DNA of 64,000 nt from Chiloscyllium plagiosum (GCF_004010195.1 NC_057726.1:70661211-70725210), one strand, 5' to 3'. Positions 1 through 12,894 are shown, counted from the first letter of the stretch. Numbers and translations: made by a program. The notes: a model not told the origin generated them from the letters alone.

Positions 1-155
1 ACCTGTCATACCAATCTGAAGCCCATCTAACGTACACTATTCCATGTACGTCCATATGCTTGTTCAATAACGTCTTAAATGTACTTAAAGTTGGCGAATC
101 TACTACCGTTGCAGGCAAAGCATTCCATACCCTTACTGCTCTCTGACTAAAGAAT
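1..155 (-). mobile_element. CR1-type LINE 3' end fragment
   Basis: Mirror copy 47960-48170 ends in the ...ggccgaagggcc...atgttctatgttcta tail typical of the LINE/SINE 3' ends in this window. Confidence 0.6.
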
Positions 156-2331
156 GACTTGTTACAAAGGAATGGCTTATTCAGATGCTTCAGATGTTGG
201 ACGTGTGGCGTCTGGCTTTCCCTGTCATGGAATTGTTTAGTGCGCTGTCAGCATTATCAGGGTCAACTCCCCATTCAGAAAAGTTATTCCCAGTTCAGTA
301 TTTTCCTTTTCAATCTTCCTCATTATTTCCGGGACTGGCTACGTTGGTTCCTAGTTCTGAATTTCTCCTTAATTAATTTCCCTTGTCAATGAGATGTTTG
401 GCTCAGCTTCTGTCTTCACCCCTTACCCGGAGTTTTGTTCGGAAAAGAAGGTTGAGTATTCTAACTCTACAATGACGATTAAACAGCGATGAGACCCCAG
501 TCGTAATAATGTGTGAGTTGGACACATTTGTTCGGAATGTATACGCTTCCCTTGTATTTGAACGGTGCTGTTGAACCAGATAAGATGAGTTGCTACAATG
601 CCTAATGTAGATTGTGCTCCCTACTGTCTAATGTGCTTCCATGGCAAGGGAAGTCTTAGGAAGACAAAGGGAATTGAGGCATTAATTGAAAGGTGACTGG
701 AGTATGAAAATAGGTCGCGCTGTGTCGTCATTTGCGGGGATAGGAGTGGGAGGAGTGGTCGGCAGCGCTAATAATTTTTCTATATTTAGACGGAGCTTTT
801 GTGAAACTATATCTCGAATTTTAGTCTCTTGAGTGGAAAAAGTACTTAATTGCGTTATAATCAGTTCAGGTAATGAGCAATCAACTAATTCCTGATTAAG
901 TGGTTATCACACGAGGAAAGGGTAAAGATTTATCTCTTCCAGAACAATAAGAATTGATCAGAATGAAACATGCAAAATTAGACTTGATCGATTTTCACTT
1001 TCAGGAGAGACAAAATCAAGGGTATACCGTTTGAGAACTTGAGGTTTTAAATTTAAGGTGGGTGTGAGGACAACTTTGTTCTCCTATAATTAATGTGTAG
1101 AATTAATTTCCTGGAATATCGCTGATGTTGTCTCATTTAATAGATCTCACGTGCAGTTCATTAGCTTTCCGATAGACAAAAGCTGTCAGGCCTATCGAGG
1201 ACAGATCGGAATACTGGGTTGAGACCAAAAATTGATCAGCCATGGTGTAATTGAATGGCAGACAGGTTATGAAGGATTGAATAGCCCAATTCTGCTCAGC
1301 ACGTATTTGCTGAATCGAATGGGTGTTAATGTTGAAGGTGATCGGTGGGCTGCTGTTCAATCGTCCTGGCTGAATTGCAGGTGCTTCCGTAGTGCTGATT
1401 CTCATCCTGACAAATGAAGAGTGTTTAATCATATTTGTTAACTGTTCAGCACAGTCAGAGGACAGGATTTGAGAAGTGTGCAACTGAGCTTCTTGTTGTG
1501 GTATTCGCAATACATTGCCTGCTTTCATTGTCACAGCGTTTATGGGACAGTTGTTACTCGATTCAATAATAAGCCAAGATATGGATGGTGCTGTGACTGT
1601 CAGAATAAAGCTGTTGAAATTAAGAGAGTGGGAGGCGATTTAAAATAAAATGGCGAACCCAATGCCGGTATTTCTGTGAGATGAAAGATAAATGACCTCA
1701 AAACGGAATGTTTTCCACGTTTTTCTGCATTCAACCATTAAAGGAGTCACTGTTGATAGGGCATTTTATCAATTGCCAGCTACCGACACTACTTCCACCA
1801 CAGAAAAGGAAGTGAGTTCATTAATGCAACAGTTTAAGATTCGAGAACACTGGGTTGAAGACATTCAATAGTTTTGTCAACAAGTCAACAGATTCACCTT
1901 CGACAAATATAACCTTTTTTTTTGATCCTACAAGTAAGCAGTGGAGGGTATCCATTTGAAACATGAATGAGTAATTTTTCGGAATGCAGTACCTGTCCAT
2001 GAATTTCCAAATTATCGTGGCGCGCAGTCTTGCTGATACCAATTATTCCCAGCTCTCTATGCCTGTCCAGTTTGGATATTTCATGCAAACATTTAAATAT
2101 AACATATATAAAATAGACTGAGATAAAGGAACTTTTAAAAAAATATTGCGCAATGTAATGGATTTACTACTTAAACGTTTCTTCCAAGACGTCTGATATA
2201 TATCAAGCTCAAACGTCATTGGAATTATTCTGCCCAAATTAAATGTAAAAAATGTGATAGCTGTAATAATTTGATATTCATTATTATTCTGTAATGATGC
2301 AAACAAACTGAAATTACACCTGTCCTCATAG

Positions 2332-2436
2332 ATAATCGCGCAGATTCCAATGATAACCTTTACCCAAAGATTTTCGGTTTTTTGGGAGGTGGATTGACAT
2401 TATTCCTCGGCGTGATGTACGCATTCAGGCGAATCG
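2332..2436 (+). CDS. IgSF receptor copy A: transmembrane exon (DNRADSNDNLYPKIFGFLGGGLTLFLGVMYAFRRIG)
   Basis: Acceptor tcctcatag|, donor G|gtaaga, 105 nt, phase 1-1. It encodes a 19-residue hydrophobic stretch followed by RR stop-transfer residues. Confidence 0.85.
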
Positions 2437-3181
2437 GTAAGAATCAGATTCTATAAACACTACCAAGTATTGAGGACTACTTCAGATGCAATGCCGCGCT
2501 GAGAAACTGTCAAACAGCTCCTGCGTAGCCTGTCCCACATGGTGTCTTCAATTTAATGACACTGTGTCAGTTATTGATATCTCCAACTGGTGGACACACT
2601 CAAATGAAAACATAGAACATAGAATAACATAGTACAGGAACAGGCCATTCGACCTACCAAGTCTGTGACAGTGATGCCATTGAAAACGAATCCCAAATGC
2701 CCGCATGTGATCGGTATCCCTTTATTGTCTGGGTAGTAGAACATAAAGGGGCACAGAGCCACCAAAAACGGCCCCCGATGTGACTAACAGTCGAATTACT
2801 TCCTTTCTCTCCAGTAGGACTGGATTGCTGCGTGAACTAACAGTTCAGTATTCCGCCCAACGCCACCCTCCCCGCTGTAACCTCTCAATGCGGGATTGCA
2901 TTAGCGTTAACCTCTGCCATTCATGTTTTACACGGAATGCAACAAATTATTTCAAATTTTAACCTGTTCGTTGAGTCAAATTATTACCAATCTACATCAT
3001 GAGATTTATTCTGAACACAGATGCTTACAATCCACCAGAATGGATGAAGAAGTTTACGTAGACTTCTTGATTAGTCTTCAGCCATTCAGAGGAAATGCCA
3101 CTGTGATATTGGTTTGTAGCATTTTAGTATGTCGTTGCAATAGAATTCAGGTACTCGCTGACTGATCTATTTCACATTTAG

Positions 3182-3225
3182 GAACATGCAGAAAACCAAA
3201 AGAGCGTAATCAGCGCAATGAGCAG
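3182..3225 (+). CDS. IgSF receptor copy A: cytoplasmic exon 1 (GTCRKPKERNQRNEQ)
   Basis: Acceptor ttcacatttag|, donor CAG|gtaggt, 44 nt, phase 1-0. It joins the TM exon and the ITIM exon in frame. Confidence 0.8.
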
Positions 3226-3740
3226 GTAGGTCACTGGCAGCAACTATTGCAAAAGTGGTTACACTGACATTTCAAACAGCATCGCGATATTTTCCAGATA
3301 TCCAAACTGGTTCAATTTCCTGAATGTCTGCGGTTAAAAGGTATCCAGAGACAGTATAATAATGTCATTCAATGCAAGGAGCTCGATTACAAAGATGAAA
3401 GATTGTGCTATAATTAAAACATGAGCAGCGTTGTTTGAATACATTTAATAATTCGGGAGGAACACTTCAGATTAAAGGGCTAAGGGAGTTAATGTGACAG
3501 GAGAAAATGTATCAAGGAGATTGATTCAGAATCCAATCTGTTGGACTAAACGACATGTTTCAGTGATGGGAATTAAAGTAAAGCAATAAGTATAATTAAG
3601 AGAGGCCGACTCACATTGAAAAAAGATACTTTCATCTCCGAATTGAAAGTATATCGGGTAGATCTAATCTACCCGACACAAAATATATAGCAACGCAATT
3701 CTATTCCTCAAATAATAAGGAATGAAATACTTTTTTTTTT

Positions 3741-4027
3741 AGATTACTTACAGTGTGGAAACAGGCCCTTCGGCCCAACAAGTCCACACCGCCCGCCGAA
3801 GCGCAACCCACCCATACCCCTACATTTACCCTTTACCTAACACTACGGGCAATTTAGCATGGCCAATTCACCTGACCTGCACATCTTTGGATTGTGGGAG
3901 GAAACCGGAGCAGACACAGGGAGAATGTGCAAACTCCACACAGTCAGTCGCCTGAGGCGGGAATTGAACCCAGGTCTCTGGCGCTGTGAGGCAGCAGTGC
4001 TAACCACTGTGCCACCGTGCCGCCCAC
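3741..4027 (-). mobile_element. HE1-like tRNA-derived V-SINE
   Basis: Pol III A-box GGCACAGTGGTTAGC and B-box GGTTCAATTCC on the minus strand, central cacagtccaaagatgtgc core, taatcta tail. Confidence 0.85.
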
Positions 4028-4681
4028 TTATATTGAGGTTAAGAAATTTATCTTCAATACATTATTTGTTGGGAAAACGTTAAATGGGTGAATTAAGATG
4101 TTGCAGAATCACATGCATGAACATCAAGGTAATGTGTAAAGAGTTCAAAGGTGACATTCAGAAAAAAAATGCATTTTAAGAATGAATAGAGCCAAATCTT
4201 GTAATGTCAACAACATGAATTTTGGCATGATACCTTGAAATAATTGGAGTGTGGAAAACACCATTACACCCCCAGGCACTATTGGCACACTTTGTATCTA
4301 CACATGAAATCTGGGGCTGACATGATATGTTGTATGATATGTACTGATATGTACTGACACACAGTGACCTTGCCCCCATCCTCACCCCACCCCGCCTTTT
4401 ATCATTGTCCTCTTCCCTTTCCCAAGAATCCAGGACCACTAAATGACAATATGTATAACCTCGTTTCCACCCTCCCTATTCACCATCAGATCTCAGCAGA
4501 TCTTCCATTCACCTTCTACTTTCGCCTCCTCTGCACTCCGGCTTCCAATAACCCCGGTTTCATATAATAATCAGTCTGTTGTACATATTGGACACTCAGT
4601 GAATCGAGTTTCACCAGGATTGCAACATACAATAGACATGTTGATGGATTGTGCTCTATACTAACACTTCGTTTCTTTCAG

Positions 4682-4792
4682 ATCAGGTGTACAAAAACTA
4701 ATGAGGGAGTAACATACGCCACTCTCGGTTTCGTTAACCCCAGGGAAGCTAAGGAGTCTCGACCTTTAAATGAGACCACGGTGTATGCGCAG
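4682..4792 (+). CDS. IgSF receptor copy A: ITIM/ITSM exon (IRCTKTNEGVTYATLGFVNPREAKESRPLNETTVYAQ)
   Basis: Acceptor gtttctttcag|, donor CAG|gtaaag, 111 nt, phase 0-0. VTYATL fits the ITIM consensus (I/V/L/S)xYxx(L/V). TVYAQ+I/V fits the ITSM consensus TxYxx(V/I). Confidence 0.85.
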
Positions 4793-5957
4793 GTAAAGAG
4801 AATATGTGTCAATCTAAAATAAATAGAGGAAGGGGAAACACAGGCCTGAGAACATCTGTGCAGAGGAAGACTTCATGTGTGATAGCAGTGACATTTTTAC
4901 CCGAAAATAGAATCGAAATGTGAGTTTGTTTTTGTTCCAGCGAAACTAAAGGGATAGTAAATATAAATGCAAACATCCAGAATTGAATAAGATTAAACAA
5001 CAAAATGTTTCATGATTTAACGGCAGAAACAATTGTAATCTTAAAATTAAAGAATCAAAAAAGGGAAGCTGATGAGGTTTGAAATTTGCACAGTCGTCAT
5101 CTGAATGCTGCTTGAAGGTAAAATCAATGAAATAAGATCCAATCGACTCAGACAAAAGAAAACGAACCGAACAAACGATGTGTCCAGAACAAAATTTCGG
5201 CGTAAGTGTTGCTCCAAAGCTTGTGAAGCCAGTACAGTGTATTGAGTTCTGACGGCTATAGAACATGGAATCAATCCTATTCCTCGAACTGGCATTGAAC
5301 ACTATTGCAATGCTGCAGTGACCAGGGTGTAAAGCAGCCAGGGTGAGGTCGGAAAAGAGAATTAAATGATAAAGCGCAAGATAATGAGTGTAAGATGACC
5401 AGAGGTGTTTTATTGTCCAGTTGAAATGAAGCTATCTTTAAAACACCATTACAATTTCGTAAATTGAAAAAAAAAATCCTCGGAGTAGAATGTTAAAAAT
5501 TAGATGCTTTATCCGCTTTGGAAAGGTTCCACAGACAATTGAGGAAATGTCAGGTTTGATTGAAAAGTGGACCAAGGTGTCGCGGAGGAAATAGCCCCTC
5601 TGTGGAATGTTAACAGTGGAGAGTCTGGGGAGATTGTGTGTAGTGGTTTCACTACACGGTAGCTGCAGGGGAAGGCAGAGGAATATTCAAATGATGGAGT
5701 TAAACACAAAGACAGCGGTGAGCAAGTCATACCGCCTGAAGGGTGGGAAGAGGTGAAAAAATAACGCTATGAAGTTTAATGGAGACCCATTGAACGACAA
5801 TCGGGTAGCATACTCTTCCAGAGAAAGGAATACAAATCAGGAGCACTTACATGGGAGTGACAAGCTGGGACTAACGAATGATAAACTTATAAGATCTTAC
5901 ATTCTGTGCGGTTTCCCGCATACTTCAGACACCTGAGCAGCGCGTAAAGTTTTTTTT

Positions 5958-6322
5958 AGATTACATTACAGTGTGGAATCCTCCCACAGTCCAAAGATGT
6001 GCAGTTCAGGTGAATTGGCCCGTAGTGTTAGGTAAGGGGTAAATGTAGGGGTATGGGTGGGTTTCGCTTCGGCCCAACAAGTCCACACCGACCCGCCGAA
6101 GCGAGACCTACATTTACCCCTTACCTAACACTACGGGCAATTTAGCATGGCCAATTCACCTGAACTGCACATCTTTGGACTGTGGGAGGAAACCGGAGCA
6201 CCCGGAGGAAACCCACGCAGACACGGGGAGAACGTGCAAACTCCACACAGTCGCCGGAGGCGGGAATTGAACCCGGGTCTCTGGCACTGTGAGGGAGCAG
6301 TGCTAACCACTGTGCCACCGTG
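5958..6322 (-). mobile_element. HE1-like SINE with internal inverted (fold-back) duplication
   Basis: 5979-6070 is the reverse complement of SINE sequence at 6095-6190. Confidence 0.8.
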
Positions 6323-6479
6323 CATGAAGGCATACCAAGGTCTTCGAAAAACCTTGCAAGACCTTTGCTAAAATGTCCAAATACAGATATACACACGGAC
6401 TTGATGACGGACTTCAAATTTGATATTAAAAAATAACGTTATATTGTGACACTCAGAAATGACAGAGATTTGATCAGAG

Positions 6480-6579
6480 TCTAGATTAGAGTGGTTCTGG
6501 AAAGCACAGCAGGTCAGGCAGCATGCTCCTCGGATGCTCCTTTTCCTGCTGTGCTTTACCAGCACCACTCTAACCCAGC
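6480..6579. mobile_element. Short hairpin element with 13-bp target-site duplication
   Basis: TSD gatttgatcagag at 6467-6479 and 6580-6592. Inverted arms ttagagtgg..aaagcacagcagg / cctgctgtgcttt..ccactctaa. Confidence 0.75.
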
Positions 6580-7919
6580 GATTTGATCAGAGCTGAACAT
6601 AGAGCGAGGTGAACAGCAGCAGAAAGTGGAGTCGACCATTCGGCCCAGTTGGATTCTGGATGTTGCAGAATGGTCATCGACGATGAATAAGGAATGTATG
6701 AGGGTGTTGTAAGACAGACCGAGCTTGATATACCATGATAGCAAATCCCCAGGGGAGAGTAAGCACACGCAGCAGCAGTAGTTAAACGCCACATCTTCTG
6801 AGCAAATGTGACAAATGTGGAGAAACTGGTAGACAGGAAGAGAATCTTTATGGAAGACGGGAAGTGCTGAAGTGGAGTCAAGGTTACTTGGGCTTGTCGT
6901 GATCTTACAAGATCATCGAACTGAAAAGTTAATTCTGCTTCTGCTCACCTCAGAGGTTGAATGCTTCCCTTTAAAAAGATATTTTCTCAGATATCTGGGA
7001 TTTCTCCATTTTTCACCGTCGTACTAAATTAAATTGATCAGTGACTTCATTTCCCGAATCATTATATGAGTAGTCCTTTTGAAGCCATTGCTATAAGCAT
7101 CTGAGTTTCTCCACATGTGTGAAAGATATATTAGCGACTATTGAAATTGTACAGGTTAGAATGGATTCCAAACTTTACACAGGAATTGTTGGAAACCTCT
7201 GCATGGTTTCACTTATCTCAACAGTTTCTACAACTGCACCTCAGAAAGCAATAGTTAAACCAATTTTACGTACAGACAAAACCTGACTTTTAGATAAGTA
7301 TTGAAACAGGTGCTTCAATATTTAATTAGTTATTTTTCATGTAAAAATGTGCAAGGTTTTGGCAAATCGATTGGTGGGACGAATGAATAATTATGTGCGG
7401 GTAAAACGATATTTGACAGCCAATTGACCACCTCCATTGTTGTAGAATAACAATGCACAAGCTGCATTTCAGAAGTCTGACTTCAGCCCCAATTGTTGGT
7501 ATTTACAGGCGAAACACGAAGTGACAGGGAACATAATCTACGTTGACTTCCAAATAAACCTGTTTGTCTATAACCTGGTGTTGTGTGATTTCTAACTTTG
7601 TACAGCCCAGTCAACACAGGCTCCTCCAAATTAGGGAGCACAGGAATCTTGCGGTTTCATTAGAACAGAGAAGATTGAAGGGATAGATTATTTTTCTTTA
7701 AACAACACAGTATTCGAAGGTTGTGCAACTGAAAGAATGTCCAAAGTTGATAGCATTTACGTAGAAGTTAAGATAAAAGGAAATTGTACTGGCGTGTTCA
7801 CCTTTTGATGAGGTAGCTTGGTCAAAATATATTTTACTAAGCGAGAAGTCTTCAATCGCATTGCAAAGATTTTAAATAAGTAGCAAGGTGAAATGACTAA
7901 ACTCTTAATTTGTCCATCT

Positions 7920-8513
7920 CTTTTCAAAGTTTGTGCGAAGATTTGTAGCTCGGGTGCTCGTTGAGTTTGTGGATGAATGCCATGCCTCTAGGAGTTCCCT
8001 GGCTGTTCTCTGTCTGGCTTGCCCTATGGTAGTAGTGTTGTCCCAGTCGAATTCATGTTGCTTGTTGTCTGCGTGTGTGGCTACTAAGGGTAGCTGGTCG
8101 TGTCGTTTCGTGGCGAGTATCTGTTCATGTATGCGGATTGTTAGCTGTCTTCCTGTTTGTCCTATATCGTGTTTAGTGCAGTCCTTGCATGGTATTTTGT
8201 ACACTACATTCGTTTTGCTCATGTTGGGTATCGGGTCCTTCGTTCTGGTGAGTTGTTGTCTGAGCGTGGCTGTTGGTTTGTGTGCCGTTATGAGTCCTAG
8301 GGGTCGCAGTAGTCTGGCTGTCAGTTCCGAGATGCTCCTGATGTATGGTAGTGTGGCTAGTCCTTTTGGTTGTGGTATGTCCTCGTTCCGTGGTCTTTCT
8401 CTTAGGCATCTGCTGATGAAGTTGCGCGGGTATCCGTTTTTGGCGAATACCTTGTATAGGTGTTCCTCTTCTTCTTTTTGCAGTTCTGGTGTACTGAAGT
8501 GTGCAGTGTCCAT
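7920..8513 (-). mobile_element. Penelope-like element, 3' fragment with GIY-YIG endonuclease remnant
   Basis: ORF 7905..8513 contains NGYP, TLPYI, NVVYKIPCKDC..DIGQTGR.L..RIHE and RELLEAWH. It lies antisense in the last intron of copy A. Confidence 0.88.
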
Positions 8514-8828
8514 CTCTTTATCTGCAATACATTATCCACAAATTTGCAGAAAGCAGATAAAACGTTAACCTTGTAAAAAGACTTTGAAATACAGGGCAAA
8601 ATTATAGTGACCCGGAGAAATGACAGGTCAGTTGGAGCAACTGGTTGTATTTTCAGAGCGTCAACATTTTTTCATCTTTCTAGACTCACAAAGGATCGTC
8701 ATTATTTTGACATCTTCAGCAAAGCAAATGTCTGTGATGCTCTCACTACTTTGAATATACATCAGTTAAACAGATGTTTGTTGCATTTAAAATAGGCGCT
8801 CATAATACAAAATGTTTCTGTGTTTCAG

Positions 8829-8900
8829 ATCAAACGAGGGCAATCAAACAATGGAGCTGTATACACTGATTCATCTATTCCTGGCAGTCATACAACCTAA
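8829..8900 (+). CDS. IgSF receptor copy A: terminal coding exon (IKRGQSNNGAVYTDSSIPGSHTT*)
   Basis: Acceptor gtttctgtgtttcag|, phase 0. Its first codon ATC completes the ITSM; stop at 8898-8900; it resembles the preceding exon. Confidence 0.65.
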   Translation: MKRGQSNNGAVYTDSSIPGSHTT

Positions 8901-9075
8901 ATGACACGGTGGATTGAATGCGCAATGAAAATCGATAATAACAGCGGGGTTTTTTGTTACACGGGTATCGATTATGACATTTTGTCTATGACTTTTCATG
9001 TTAACTGATTCAAGTTTATTCCATCTAATTAATCTTTCAATGCCTTACTAAACCTTAAAGGGTGACTCAGCAGCC

Positions 9076-9081
9076 AATAAA
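9076..9081 (+). promoter_or_regulatory. Candidate polyadenylation signal of copy A
   Basis: AATAAA about 175 nt downstream of the stop at 8900. Confidence 0.4.
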
Positions 9082-9779
9082 TCGCAGTGATACATTTCTG
9101 TGGACTCAAAGCTATACAGATCCATTCGTGCACAGTGCCCTATTCCTTTCAGACAGAAAGAACATGTGCATTTACACAGGGATTTCTCGGGACAACTAAT
9201 TGACTCTGATTGCTCAATCCACCTGGATTACCAATTACAGAAACCTCGGTATTAACTGTCATACAGTATTTGTGAGTGGCATGGCAACCCCATGGCAACA
9301 CACACACACCAATCAGTGATCATATATCAACCAATCAACACTCTCCTTTCATCCTGAATCAATGCTGATTTTCGCCTAAATTGAGATTTTGCAAATTGTT
9401 CTGATTAGTGCAAGATGAAAATCTTTGACTGAACGTGTCGTTTCTTCCTTGCAAAACCTTCAAGCCCGTTATCTACCTGGAAATAATTGCTTGTCACCCA
9501 CCACATTAATAAGTGCGTCCCCTCTCTCATCTTTAAGGAAATCAATTAAATGGCTACAATTTCCTGTCAAGATCTCTTTGCACTCAAACAGTCAGCCTGC
9601 CTGTGGAGAGCTTCACCCACCAGGGCACTTTTTAAAAAGAGGAATTCAAATTACGTCAAATTGTTTCCACTGTCAATGCTCAATCTTCACACGTCTAATT
9701 TTATAAAAGAATAATATCTTGTTTCCACCCAAAACACTCAACAACTCAGAAAATCTGCAGTTTCATTGGCAATATAGAA

Positions 9780-10079
9780 TAGAATCCCTATAGTGAGTAA
9801 ACAGGCGACCAAGTCCACACCGACCTTCCAAAGAGTATCCATTCTGACCTGTCCCCCCTATTTCCACTAACTAATGCATCTAGCCGACACATCCCTAAAC
9901 ACTATGGGCATGGTCAATTCATCCTAAACTGGGTATCTTTGTCACTCTGGGAGGAAACGGGAGCTCCCAGCGGTAACCCACGCAGACACGGGGAGCATGT
10001 ACAAACTTTACACAGGCAGTCGCCCGAGACTGGAATCTAACCCTGTGAGGCAGTAGTGCTAACCACTGAGCCACCATCC
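9780..10079 (-). mobile_element. Older HE1-like SINE
   Basis: Same A-box and core motifs, more diverged. Confidence 0.75.
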
Positions 10080-12894
10080 CAAAAACAAACGTCATCTGGA
10101 CTGTATTGTTCTTCTACCCTGAAATCATCCTATAAATTCAACATTGCCACCTTCCTCAATACAGTCAGGATTATTTTCATTGTCAAGCTTCATAATCTTG
10201 CTAATTCTCGAGAAGTCTCCAAACCTGGGCTTTGTCTCATGCAGACATAGAGTCATAGAGATGTTTAGCATGGAAATTAAGACTGTCAGCCAATGCGGTC
10301 TTTAATTTCTTTTTGAATTTTGTGTCCCTCCGCATGTAATAGGAGCCAATGAAGGTTCAATATTTTTCATTGAGTCAATTAGAACCATATTGCGTAGGTT
10401 CTTAATGACTTATAACCGTCGATGGTCTACGATAACATCGAAGCTTTTAAAAGGTCAGCCATTTTAGAATTAAAGCGCCTCTACTGCTTCAGGCAGCAGG
10501 AAAGGTACAAAATATGTTCCAGAGCGTTTCTTAATACACAGGATATTGCATATCCCAGTGACTTCAGTGCTGCAGCAATAAAAAAGCAGAATTTGATAAA
10601 CCTGTAATCCATTGCAGTCAATCAAAAATTTCCAAACCAGAATTTATTTTGTGCATTATGCCTTAGAAGCATTTTAACTTCCACTGTGGATTAAACACCA
10701 CAACACATATGGTAGTTTGTAGTTTGATCTGATTGTGGACATGTCATCTATTGCATTAGTGCCACCTTCTCAATTAGAGTTTATGATACCTTCTCAACTG
10801 AATAACATGTTTTGAACTGATGAAACAATCTCATGTTTTTGGGAACATTTTATATGATACAATTTAAATTTTCAATAAAGGCATCGCTTGAACTGAGGTC
10901 CACATATTTGCTGACTTTCTAAAATGATCTAAAATATGTTTCATTGCACTGCAAGGCTGCAAATATATAAAAAAGCAGAATTTGATAAACCTGTAATCCA
11001 TTGCATTGTAATCCATCGAGACTTCTCGAGAATTAGCAAGATTATGAAGTTTGACAATGAAAATAATCCTGACTTTATTGAGGCAATGTTGAATTTATAG
11101 GATGTTTTCAGGGTAGAAGAACAATACAGTCCAGATGACGTTTGTTTCTGGGTTGGTGGCTCAGTGGTTAGCACTACTGCCTCACAGGGTTAGACTCCAG
11201 CCTCGGGCGACTACCTGTGTAAAGTTTGTACATGCTCCCCGTGTCTGCGTGTGTGTTCGAAATTGATTTCTCTTTATGCCCCAGTTGTGGCTAGTGTTCA
11301 GTTTTAGGCTGATTTCTGGCGCATCACTTCCCCAATCCATTTAGTTTGCATTCCTGAAAATTTTGGGGGCAACTTTATAGCCAGAATTTAATCCCAAATC
11401 TGCAATATTGCCAATTGTCAATTATAACACAAGAATTATGCTTTTCAGTGAGAAGGATGGACTTCTCCAAACTATGCTTTGGAGCATATTTTCAGAATTG
11501 AGACCCAAATTCCCTCATGGGAAATTCACTGTTGATCATTTTTCCCTTATTCAGTACTAACACAATTTTGTTTTACTGAATGATAAAAAAAGGGAGAACT
11601 TTGCTTGAGTGGTAATAAATCAGAATAACCAGAGCTATCCATTGCCTCAGGCATGAGGTGAGGTTGAGAAGGTGGGATTTCTGTGAGTTTTGACCACATT
11701 TGAGAATTCACAAGCACATACAAACCGAGATACAAAAAGACAAGGAAGTACTCATATTAGGAATGGGAAAGGAATAAAGAACTCAGTGAAGCTGTGTTGT
11801 TTCCCTCCATTCCTTTTGAATCTTTGAAGTTTGATGAGGAGAGGAGTTTGTGGATACACTAATTCTCAATCTGTCATTCACTGGTTAAGACTGGCCCATT
11901 AAATTTCCTTGAAGAAGGTTATTTCTTACTTTTTCCATGCTTAATGATGGGATTTGCACAGAGTAGTTTATTGGAAAATGCTGAGTATGAAGAGCTACAA
12001 GGAGGTTATTCTGTTGCTTCCAAAGAGAGTGAGAGTGATTTGGGTGCTTTCTCTTTGTAGATGAAATATTTCATCTCTATTCTCGAAATATGAAGCTCTC
12101 GATTCTTGCCCAGAAACCAATATTTAGATTACTTCTGTACTGAGCACACCCAAACACAGACCTACAGAACTGACATGCCCAACATTCTCAGCTACTGCTT
12201 GAATAAGTCAGCATTCCAGATATGATTCACAATGAGCTCCAGTAACTCATTTTGAAACAACCTCCTGATACAAAGAATCTGGATAACCTAAGCTCTCCCT
12301 CTACAACTGTCAGTATTCAGCCTTCAATTCATAAGCTCTGAGCTGAAACTGGCTGGCCTTTACATACTTTCTGCAAATGTGCTTGCCCAGGATCGCAAGG
12401 AATCCAGGAGTACAGACATGCTCCGGTCTTGATGCATTGACTGTCATTGGGATAGGGTGTGTGAAATCTATCTGTGCCTGTTCCCATTGATTAATCAATG
12501 TCTCTGTACAACTTTACCATATTCACATCTTCAGGCCTAACTGCTGCTGCGGCCACCTCACAACTCAAATCAGGGCCTTGCAGCCTCCTTAGCTCCTGTT
12601 CCTGTCCACTGATTACCCAATTTAATGAGAGTCCTCAACCTTCTGGTCGACTCTGACTTTTATTCTTACTGCCTCAAGTGGTTATTTCACAGCTTCCACT
12701 AAATCCTTGACTATAATAATCTTTTCTTTCATATCTTTGCTCAATATTTTATTCAGTGAATGCCCTCTTAAATATTAGAGTGTAGTATTCATTCTATGTG
12801 ATCATCTGGATCCGACATTTCATTAGATTTCAATGTTCCCTTGTAACTGCTGCTTAAATATAAATTGAATGAACTTAAAAGGTCATACATAGAC

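Noticed and set aside
1005-1057. Acceptor-like tttcactttcag at 1004
   Set aside because: No donor gives a phase-compatible open exon conserved in both arms.
1133-1534. 133-aa ORF conserved in both arms (46579..46965)
   Set aside because: Conservation is explained by the recent duplication. The ends differ by a frameshift, there is no domain, and it lies antisense in an intron.
7933-8568. 211-aa plus-strand ORF
   Set aside because: It is the antisense shadow of the Penelope ORF.
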